A stretch of 40,256 nucleotides of DNA. Origin: a virus. The position numbers were made by a program, and so were the translations under genes. This document shows, piece after piece, positions 31,816 to 38,640 of the stretch; positions within the stretch are counted from its first letter, which is position 1; every line of letters starts with the position of its first letter. The DNA is taken from positions 1 through 40,256 of the IMG/VR virus record IMGVR_UViG_3300031456_000013; one strand, given 5' to 3'. A model generated the notes under the pieces. The model worked only from the letters and a program-made list of their open reading frames with translations, had not been told where the DNA came from and made no database searches.

Positions 31816-32329
31816 AGAGCAGCAGATCCTTGCGTCTGGTGCTGTGGAAGCTGAGCTTGTCCTAGCAGGGGAGCCGCTTATCTATAGCATCAAGTACAAG
31901 GTCGGGCAACGCTCCCACTCCACCCAATTCTTTAGAAATATGAAGTGGAGGTCGCTGCTGAAATGTTGGTTCCGTTCTCAATACAATACTAAAACACCCG
32001 TTGTGATAGCCGTACGCTTCTATGTTTCGCCACCAAGCAACGTGAGTATAAAAGCGGCCGATCTGAAAAAGGAATCGACGCCTGCTGTGCATTCTTTTGA
32101 AGTGTGCGACTATCTTTTATCCTTCTTTGAGATGCTCCATCATGTGCTAATCAATTCCTATAAACAGATTGTTAAGGTTGACGTTGAAAAATTCTATAGC
32201 GCAGAACCAAGGACAGTCTTTAAATTCATGACTTGGAGCCAACATGTTAAGTTGCAAGCTGGTAATCCCCCACACGCCGAAGCCAAAAGAATCGGTGAGG
32301 ATAGGCAGGTATCGGACATACAACCCTAG
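31793..32329 (+). CDS. RusA-like paralogue lacking the catalytic acidic residues (ORF track start GTG 31775)
   Basis: PVVIAVRFYVSPP...PAVHSFEVCDYLLSFFEMLHHVLINSYKQIVKVDVEKFYS aligns with PLLVITHYRIPAA...KRPDGDNLEKFLNDALKGVIWDDDARISWLLRSKSV of the next gene. DGDN and DDD are replaced. Confidence 0.55.
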   Translation: MGLKQIIKEQQILASGAVEAELVLAGEPLIYSIKYKVGQRSHSTQFFRNMKWRSLLKCWFRSQYNTKTPVVIAVRFYVSPPSNVSIKAADLKKESTPAVHSFEVCDYLLSFFEMLHHVLINSYKQIVKVDVEKFYSAEPRTVFKFMTWSQHVKLQAGNPPHAEAKRIGEDRQVSDIQP

Positions 32330-32735
32330 CGCTAAAGGCATGATGCGTAGCAGGGAGTATGTGCGCAGCTTCTTGACCGATTACGCGCTGCCTCTGATGT
32401 CTGGCCCCTTGCTTGTCATCACCCACTATCGGATACCGGCAGCGCTCAGTTCACCAGAGAGGAAACGGCGCCCCCAGCATCTTGTTCCTCATACGAAGAG
32501 ACCTGACGGGGACAACCTTGAGAAGTTCCTTAATGACGCGCTTAAAGGTGTTATTTGGGATGACGACGCACGGATTAGTTGGTTGTTGCGCAGCAAGAGT
32601 GTAACAAAAGCTAGGGAAGGCGAAACGGTGCTGTTTGTTAGAGAGTTGGAGAATAGCAAGCCAAATTACCCGCTGCTGTTGTGTGACCTGCTAGAACATA
32701 TAAGAATAGAGAGTGAAGATGAAGATCCCGAATAA
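32244..32735 (+). CDS. rusA: RusA-family Holliday junction resolvase
   Basis: VIPHTPKPK..., PLLVITHYRIP, KRPDGDNLEKFLNDALKGVIWDDDARI: the canonical RusA motifs. Confidence 0.8.
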   Translation: MLSCKLVIPHTPKPKESVRIGRYRTYNPSAKGMMRSREYVRSFLTDYALPLMSGPLLVITHYRIPAALSSPERKRRPQHLVPHTKRPDGDNLEKFLNDALKGVIWDDDARISWLLRSKSVTKAREGETVLFVRELENSKPNYPLLLCDLLEHIRIESEDEDPE

Positions 32736-32931
32736 GTCCCAGTCTATATATGCCCAACTAAAGATGCTAGAACCGACCATGCGCTACATCAAAGACAGCC
32801 TCAACGATAGCGACATTACAGATCTGGAAGTGTTCTCCGAGATGAGTATGATCTGCGCACACCTGAAGTCAGTGTTAGTCAAGATAGAACACACGGGAGC
32901 AAAAAACAGGTATATTGATGGCGATAATTGA
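32713..32931 (+). CDS. Hypothetical protein
   Basis: 72-aa ORF (GTG 32713 or ATG 32719). Confidence 0.5.
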   Translation: MKMKIPNKSQSIYAQLKMLEPTMRYIKDSLNDSDITDLEVFSEMSMICAHLKSVLVKIEHTGAKNRYIDGDN

Positions 32932-33100
32932 GTTCTCTCCACTTGTATATGTTGTGCTTGGAATAGATGAGAATCAAGACGATCAAGTTCTCAGCATACA
33001 ATCTTGTTACGAAGGGGCTAAAAGATATTGTATTGACAAACTCACTATGGATAATTATTTTGACATTTGGATTGAGAAACACCATATTAATGTCTTTTAG
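32915..33100 (+). CDS. Hypothetical protein
   Basis: 61-aa ORF (ATG 32918) at the start of the AT-rich segment. Confidence 0.45.
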   Translation: MMAIIEFSPLVYVVLGIDENQDDQVLSIQSCYEGAKRYCIDKLTMDNYFDIWIEKHHINVF

Positions 33101-33153
33101 TATTTCTTTTCATTAAACTCACAATTCATATATGATCTTTGCAATGCGTAAAT

Positions 33154-34035
33154 ATGCAGAGATTAGATTATAAAACAAAATATGGAAAATATATGACACC
33201 AACACCACCAGTTTCATGTAGCGAGATAACTAAATACGATCAACTTTATGGGATGTTAAACTCTCTCCGTGAAGACTACACAAAACAGATCGATGCCTTG
33301 CGCGCTGAAGGGGCCGCCGCTGTGCTAAAAGAAAGAAAAACAAACAAAAAACAGATGGACCATATAGAAAAAATATCAAACACCAACATCGAACATGCTA
33401 ATGCCAGAATAAGTTTTTTCTCTAAAAAGTTAGATTTGGCCGACAAAAAAATAGAAGACCTGACAAAAGAAACTGAAAAACTGCAAGAAGCGGTTCAGCA
33501 GTCTCAAAACTCTAGCTACACTTTGGTCACAGATATACAAATCGAAAGAGGATTAGAGAAGATCGACAAAGAAAGAGACGCAGAAAGGTCCGCTCTCGCC
33601 GCTAAAGTTGTGTCGCTAAGCATCTCTATCGGTTTGTCTGCTGGAGGCACTTTACTAGGCGCTGCTGCTACTCCGTTTCTGTTTGAGGTCGGTGTGCCGG
33701 TGATGACTTTATGTGGCGCTGCTATCGCTGTACAAGCTCCCGTTCTAGCTAAGTTTGACCAAGAATGGCGCGCTATCAAAAAACTACCGAGCGCAGTTGA
33801 GCAACAGAAGATAGCTGAGTTTAACATGTTTGGCACGATAGGTTTAACGCCAGACCAAAGGAAGGAAGCATTTGCTTTTGTTGAGTTGCAAGAATCCGAA
33901 AGGTCAGCTGTTAGTCGCGAGCGTATCCGGCAAGTAGAGGCAGAGTCTGAAAAGTTTATGCACTCATTTTTAAAACAAAATGCAACGCCTACGCCACCTG
34001 AACCAACAGAAATGCTAGACAGCTCCATAAATTAA
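33154..34035 (+). CDS. Coiled-coil membrane protein with a central bilobed hydrophobic domain (ORF track start TTG 33139)
   Basis: Coiled-coil N-terminal half. About 50 hydrophobic residues (VVSLSISIGLSAGGTLLGAAATPFLFEVGVPVMTLCGAAIAVQAPVLA). Polar C-terminus. Confidence 0.7.
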   Translation: MQRLDYKTKYGKYMTPTPPVSCSEITKYDQLYGMLNSLREDYTKQIDALRAEGAAAVLKERKTNKKQMDHIEKISNTNIEHANARISFFSKKLDLADKKIEDLTKETEKLQEAVQQSQNSSYTLVTDIQIERGLEKIDKERDAERSALAAKVVSLSISIGLSAGGTLLGAAATPFLFEVGVPVMTLCGAAIAVQAPVLAKFDQEWRAIKKLPSAVEQQKIAEFNMFGTIGLTPDQRKEAFAFVELQESERSAVSRERIRQVEAESEKFMHSFLKQNATPTPPEPTEMLDSSIN

Positions 34036-34085
34036 CACTTTAAACCAAACCCTCTCTTGATTTTCGGGAGAGGGGCGAGGATATC

Positions 34086-34451
34086 ATGTCATTTGCTGCT
34101 TCTCTCAATTCAGTCAACTTTGCACAACCAGACTACCCAAGCCGTTCATCCGAACAGTTTAGCCAGTTAGAAGATAAGATGCAGAATGTGGCGCAGCGTA
34201 TAGACAACTTAGATGTAAAACTAGAGAAAGTAAAAAAACAACAATGTAAAATATGCGACACTACAAATACATCTAACGCGACACTGCAAAACGAAATTAA
34301 AGTCATACGTGAAACAAATAAAAAGGAGCAGTCGGAACTAAAGCAACAAGTAGAATGGCATAAAACATGGAACTTGAGAGCTGCTTTACTGTGTCTGCTG
34401 CTTGTTGTGATTGTTATTATCTGTATCGTAGCTTTAATCTTGCTGATCTAA
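34086..34451 (+). CDS. Tail-anchored coiled-coil membrane protein
   Basis: GAGG RBS. Helical N-terminal 90 aa, then a C-terminal TM segment AALLCLLLVVIVIICIVALILLI at the very end. Confidence 0.65.
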   Translation: MSFAASLNSVNFAQPDYPSRSSEQFSQLEDKMQNVAQRIDNLDVKLEKVKKQQCKICDTTNTSNATLQNEIKVIRETNKKEQSELKQQVEWHKTWNLRAALLCLLLVVIVIICIVALILLI

Positions 34452-34781
34452 ACCTGTAGGCAGTTCAGTCGAGCTCCTAATCTTTTCCACCACCGTTTCG
34501 TGCCCCTCCTCTGCTTCCGTTAGATTGCTATACCTCACACACTCTTGTTCTTCTCTGTTTGCATCAAATGTGGTGGTCTGAAAATAATGAAGCGCGGCTA
34601 AACCATGCGGGACACCAAGCCACACAGTTGAGATAAACTCGGCGCCCATCTGTTCTTGCTTCACTATCTTGTATTCTGGATTCCGAAGCAGGACCTCTAA
34701 TTCGTCAGCCTGTATTTCCCTGCCTAGCTTGTCTCTGTGCACGTGCTGATTCCACCAAGGCTCTCCTTCTTCCATGTTCAT
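34434..34781 (-). CDS. Hypothetical phage protein
   Basis: GAGG RBS. FISTVWLGVPHG...YFQTTTF...VRYSNLTEAEEGH resembles a common small phage family (no name recalled). Confidence 0.65.
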   Translation of the reverse strand: MNMEEGEPWWNQHVHRDKLGREIQADELEVLLRNPEYKIVKQEQMGAEFISTVWLGVPHGLAALHYFQTTTFDANREEQECVRYSNLTEAEEGHETVVEKIRSSTELPTGLDQQD

Positions 34782-34783
34782 TG

Positions 34784-34939
34784 CTACCTCAGTTCTAGTG
34801 TAATATAATTTATAGCTTCTTCTTTGTTTTGGAAGTAAATCTCATACCCAGACAGCAGAAGTAAGGCGAAATGTAGGTCTGGCATCCACCCTTTTTTGCT
34901 ATACCTGACTTTATAGTTGTTACATTGGAAAGATTTCAT
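34784..34939 (-). CDS. Small hypothetical protein (ORF opens at 34993)
   Basis: Its ATG shares 1 nt with the upstream stop codon. 51 aa. Confidence 0.4.
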   Translation of the reverse strand: MKSFQCNNYKVRYSKKGWMPDLHFALLLLSGYEIYFQNKEEAINYITLELR

Positions 34940-35269
34940 TATTTTATCCTTTTCAGTTGTAATATTTGTGCTTTTAAATGGTCCGCTAGCCAAACGATAT
35001 TATCATCAGGGCAGTCATACTTAGCGATTAAAGTTTTCAAGGAAAATATTAGAAAATTCAACATCACCTCTTTTACATATAATCGGCTCTCTTCGTCTTT
35101 ACAGTTACCTAAGTTTGTATCAAATTGCAGCATCAAAGCATCTCTGTGTTCCACTGCTCTTTTAAACACAGTCTGCATATAGGCGTCGTCACTATCAACT
35201 TCCTCAACATAAATAACTTGGTCACACATTTGCATCAAATTTTCCATTAAATCTTCGTCATTCATCATT
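34939..35269 (-). CDS. Hypothetical acidic protein (ORF opens at 35310)
   Basis: ATG 35269 overlaps the upstream stop (ATGA). AAGGCGGA RBS. Confidence 0.55.
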
Positions 35270-35549
35270 CCGCCTTCTTTAATTGTTTGTCGTCTGTAAT
35301 TGCGCAGCATCCCTTCATTTGTAAAATAGCTTCAACAACGAATAGTCGCTTATCAATATTGTTGACGTGGGACTCTATCCTATCCATGCGTTGGTCCATT
35401 TTATCAAAACGCGCCTCCATCTTTTCGAATCTAACATCTATTTTATCGAATTTCTTCTCCATCCTACCATTAAACCACCAAAACATTGCACCCATAACAA
35501 TTAAGTGTCCTAAGTCCATTTGCTTCATAAACTCTAAAATTGTATCCAC
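35265..35549 (-). CDS. Membrane-anchored coiled-coil protein
   Basis: GTG start after AAGGA. TM segment LGHLIVMGAMFWWF, then repeats FDKIDVRFEKMEARFDKMDQRMDRIE. Confidence 0.6.
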   Translation of the reverse strand: MDTILEFMKQMDLGHLIVMGAMFWWFNGRMEKKFDKIDVRFEKMEARFDKMDQRMDRIESHVNNIDKRLFVVEAILQMKGCCAITDDKQLKKAE

Positions 35550-35687
35550 ATTTAATCCTTTGTTATCATGCTTGCTACGATTATTGCTATAAAAATGTTG
35601 ATTAGTATATGCATATTTTACCTAATTGTATAAATTATATAACCAAAGAAAAACTAAAGTATGGTATCAAACAAACCTATTTCCATG

Positions 35688-36413
35688 TCAATCCTCCTTC
35701 AAATCAACTTTAAATGTATTACGCCAGTTATGTATCTCCGAAAGCAGGCTCATATAGTCCTCTGTCCTTGCTCTCGGTCCCATCCTATCTATCATCCGCT
35801 CCAGATTAGCCTTCCACTTTTCCTTATCAAACATCGAGTGTTTAACCAGTTTTACCATAGCCTTCCAAAACCTGCCAGAGCTTGTGTATGCCGAGTAGCC
35901 ATTCATCTTCTTAATATAGTTTATCGTATCCCAGCAGGTCTCTAACTCCTCCGCAGCAGAATCAGAAGCGAATTTGTATTCTCCCTTCCTAAATGTTGTG
36001 CCATTCTCCAAGGTCTTGCCCATCGTTAACCCTAGCGCGACCTTAAGAGATATGTTATTTGTCTTCATAAAATCTTTAAGTTTCACATATTCCGGATGCC
36101 CATTCTTTACATAGTAGTTGAGATAATCGACCGACCCCCACGACTTAGAGATGTTCATTAGTATAATATCTTCCGGTTGCAGCTCCTCTTTCAATTGATA
36201 ATAGATCGCGACCCCTAGAGACTGCGCAGCTAACAAACGATGCTGGCCGTCCATAATCTCCATAGCAGCATTAACCATAATCGGGCGCATCTCCAACAGA
36301 TTCCGTGATTGAATCGATTCCGCTATCTTCCTCACGTGTGCTTTGTCGATCTTCTCGCGGTTGTCTTCCCTGAACTTAAATATGTCATAATCCGTTGTAC
36401 TTTTAATCTTCAT
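35688..36413 (-). CDS. ParB/Srx-fold N-terminal domain protein with a DGQHR motif
   Basis: IAESIQSRNLLEMRPIMVNAAMEIMDGQHRLLAAQSLGVAIYYQL is a ParB-like nuclease/NTPase domain signature. No ParA partner is present. Confidence 0.75.
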   Translation of the reverse strand: MKIKSTTDYDIFKFREDNREKIDKAHVRKIAESIQSRNLLEMRPIMVNAAMEIMDGQHRLLAAQSLGVAIYYQLKEELQPEDIILMNISKSWGSVDYLNYYVKNGHPEYVKLKDFMKTNNISLKVALGLTMGKTLENGTTFRKGEYKFASDSAAEELETCWDTINYIKKMNGYSAYTSSGRFWKAMVKLVKHSMFDKEKWKANLERMIDRMGPRARTEDYMSLLSEIHNWRNTFKVDLKED

Positions 36414-36729
36414 GGCTCAACTCCTTAATTGCGTCTACCAATATTTCAACTTGCATCTCTAGGTTTTGTATGCGCTGATCTAACCGTTGATAAGGGCTTA
36501 GCTGTATAATCTCACTCAATCTCTTATTCTTCATCAACACTGCCCGCGCTTCTGCCTTAACCGCATTGTAGCTTTCTGCCCCTCCATTTCGTCTAACTTC
36601 TGATACTATAGTTGTTTTACTTCTTCCTATCTTCTTTGCTATCTTACCTAAGCTAAATTTCTCTCGAAGAAGCCGGTTTATCTCTCGCCGTTCATGTAAA
36701 CTTATCTTTTTCCCTCTAATATTTGTCAT
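36403..36729 (-). CDS. Small HTH DNA-binding protein (IS30-type HTH_38-like)
   Basis: LHERREINRLLREKFSLGKIAKKIGRSKTTIVSEVRRNGG. Overlaps both neighbouring genes. Confidence 0.7.
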   Translation of the reverse strand: MTNIRGKKISLHERREINRLLREKFSLGKIAKKIGRSKTTIVSEVRRNGGAESYNAVKAEARAVLMKNKRLSEIIQLSPYQRLDQRIQNLEMQVEILVDAIKELSHED

Positions 36730-37678
36730 CGTTTTCTTCCTCTAACAGCTCCTCCCAACCAAACGGCCTCACGTGCTCCGTTGTTGTCTTGCGCGGGTGA
36801 AAGTGCGTGAACATTTCCTCCATCTTGCTGCTGCTCAAATGTGTGTATCTCTGTGTGCTGGCTATCGTACTGTGCCCCAAAACCTCTTGAATCAACCGGA
36901 GATCTGCGCCAGAGTCCAGCAAGTGTGTAGCGCAAGCGTGCCGGAGGGTGTGCGTCGTCACCTGCTGCATGCCCGCTTTCTCTGCATAACCTACAACAAT
37001 CGCGCACAACAACTGCCTGCGTAACGGCTTGTCCATAATCGTGAGAAACAGCGCGCCTCGTTCATTGCCCCGGACTCCAGTAATGTAACGATCTACCCAT
37101 GCAAATGCCTCCGCTGTCACTGGCACCGTCCTTGTCTTGCTTCTCTTGCCACACGACACCATGACCTTGCGCGGGCCTATGTGGTGCAATTGTAGGCTGC
37201 AAAGCTCCGAGGCACGCAAACCCGATGAATATAGCAGCTCCAGTATTGCTCTGTCTCGTATCCCTATCTCTGTATTTGTATCCGGTTGCTCTAGTATCTT
37301 GCATATTTCCTCTACTGTTGGAATCCGTGGCGCTTTGATGTTGTTTTTTGGCGCCGTTATATTTTCCATTATGTCCGATACTAACACCTTGTTTATCCTC
37401 AAGTATTTACAGTAACTCTTCAAAGCCATGTAATACCGGTTGATACTTGCGTCGCTCTTACCGTTCAGCTTACAGTGGCCTAGGTAGTCGATTATATGCT
37501 TGCCTTTGATAGCTGCCGGCCGTTTGATATTGGTATGATCTTGCAAATACTCTATAAACCTGGAAATATCGTACTTGTATCCAGCTACAGTTTGTTGGCT
37601 CTTGCTTAATGACAGCTGCGCGATGAAACTGGCTAGCGATTCATCCATTGAGCTTAAAGTTGTCTTCGCTTGCTTCAT
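36716..37678 (-). CDS. int: Tyrosine recombinase, XerC/XerD-like
   Basis: Catalytic residues in order: R (SGLRASEL), HxxR (HTLRHACATHLL), H and Y (LGHSTIASTQRYTHL). SAM-like N-terminal domain. Confidence 0.92.
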   Translation of the reverse strand: MKQAKTTLSSMDESLASFIAQLSLSKSQQTVAGYKYDISRFIEYLQDHTNIKRPAAIKGKHIIDYLGHCKLNGKSDASINRYYMALKSYCKYLRINKVLVSDIMENITAPKNNIKAPRIPTVEEICKILEQPDTNTEIGIRDRAILELLYSSGLRASELCSLQLHHIGPRKVMVSCGKRSKTRTVPVTAEAFAWVDRYITGVRGNERGALFLTIMDKPLRRQLLCAIVVGYAEKAGMQQVTTHTLRHACATHLLDSGADLRLIQEVLGHSTIASTQRYTHLSSSKMEEMFTHFHPRKTTTEHVRPFGWEELLEEENDDKY

Positions 37679-37841
37679 TGAGTAACCGCCTGCATTTGTT
37701 GTTCTGTGCTTTGAGGTACAGTAAATATTGTATTATCGCCTCTGTTTTTGATATCTCTGCGTCGATGCAAAGCTTTGAAAACATTTGCCATAAATCCGAC
37801 GGTAACTCCACGTTGAGCCCTTTCTTTGTTCCCCTCGCCAT
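37641..37841 (-). CDS. Ribbon-helix-helix protein
   Basis: GAGGA RBS 5 nt before the ATG. GLNVELPSDLWQMFSKLCIDAEISKTEAIIQYL fits the RHH pattern. Confidence 0.55.
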   Translation of the reverse strand: MARGTKKGLNVELPSDLWQMFSKLCIDAEISKTEAIIQYLLYLKAQNNKCRRLLNEASEDNFKLNG

Positions 37842-37983
37842 TAATCCTATCCTCTATTAATGTTATCTCTCTATCCACCCGCTCCAACAGCATCCGCGTC
37901 AAAGCATTGTTCACCCCTGAAGCCAACACACTGGCGCGCAGGTCTTTCTCATTTTTCAGCTTCATATATAGCATATCACACAT
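37675..37983 (-). CDS. Hypothetical ORF whose first ~48 aa look RHH-like; overlaps 37641..37841 by 167 nt
   Basis: AGGAAAAT before the ATG. YMKLKNEKDLRASVLASGVNNALTRMLLERV fits a strand plus two helices. The C-terminal half lies in the alternate frame of the next gene. Confidence 0.4.
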   Translation of the reverse strand: MCDMLYMKLKNEKDLRASVLASGVNNALTRMLLERVDREITLIEDRINGEGNKERAQRGVTVGFMANVFKALHRRRDIKNRGDNTIFTVPQSTEQQMQAVTQ

Positions 37984-38065
37984 ATTTTCCTACACTTCCT
38001 TGTTCCCGTGTTACAACAGAGCGAGAGTGACAGTCCCCGCCCTGTTCTTGTTGTTTAAATTCTCA

Positions 38066-38098
38066 TTCCCGCCCTATAATATTGCTATAGAGCGGGGG
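38066..38098. promoter_or_regulatory. Intergenic palindrome / hairpin in the leftward operon
   Basis: TTCCCGCCCTATA-ATATTGC-TATAGAGCGGGGG forms 13 paired positions with 1 mismatch and 2 G-U pairs. The half-site CCCGCCCT also occurs at 38036-38043. Confidence 0.5.
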
Positions 38099-38104
38099 AA
38101 TAGC

Positions 38105-38365
38105 TTAACCGACTTGCTCTAGATTAAACAATGGCCGGCTACTTTGTAGCTCATATATGTAAATCCAACTCTCTTGCTGATCTACCGTGCACCGTCCATG
38201 GGCGTAACCGGTTAAATGAGATTGTTCTACCAGCAACTCAATTATTTCATCATCGCTTATGTCATCCTGTATTTCTAATGTATCCACTTGTTTCCAGCTA
38301 TCCACTTCCCAGCCGTCTATATCATTACCACAGACCTCTAGATCCCATACTTTGAACTTGCTCAT
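38105..38365 (-). CDS. Small highly acidic protein, first gene of the leftward operon
   Basis: AGGAGAG RBS. 86 aa with about 19 D/E against 5 K/R by my count. Confidence 0.65.
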   Translation of the reverse strand: MSKFKVWDLEVCGNDIDGWEVDSWKQVDTLEIQDDISDDEIIELLVEQSHLTGYAHGRCTVDQQESWIYIYELQSSRPLFNLEQVG

Positions 38366-38390
38366 GTCCTATATCTCTCCTGCTTGTGTT

Positions 38391-38417
38391 TGTTGCTTGC
38401 TTATCTGTTGCTTGCTT
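38391..38417. repeat. 12-nt direct repeat x2 in the divergent control region
   Basis: TGTTGCTTGCTT at 38391-38402 and 38406-38417, 26-52 nt upstream of the leftward ATG. Confidence 0.85.
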
Positions 38418-38569
38418 CCCTTCTCATAGCTCAACTAGCCATAAATTAATCTGGTCACCTAGGAGCACATTTGAATTTCAGCCTGTTAGCTACTTCAACA
38501 CGGTGGCTGTTTTCGCTATACAATCACTATACTACACATCGAGGAATATAGTCAATTGGAATAATGGTC

Positions 38570-38598
38570 TTGCATGAAAATAGGGTGCACAATAGTAT
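38570..38598 (+). promoter_or_regulatory. Sigma70-like rightward promoter
   Basis: TTGCAT, 17-nt spacer, TAGTAT, about 40 nt before GGAGG-ATG 38641. Confidence 0.4.
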
Positions 38599-38640
38599 AA
38601 GGATAGGTATTAAAATAAGTTGTTTACAATGGAGGGTGAG

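Noticed and set aside
33516-34028. Minus-strand ORF 33516..34028 (170 aa)
   Set aside because: It is fully antisense to the better-supported membrane/coiled-coil gene 33154..34035. It has no RBS and its composition is unremarkable.
29546-37841. RHH proteins (29546..29776, 37641..37841) as antitoxins of toxin-antitoxin pairs
   Set aside because: No adjacent toxin-like partner (ParE/RelE/PIN/MazF-type) is visible. Their positions at operon starts or next to int fit transcriptional regulators better.
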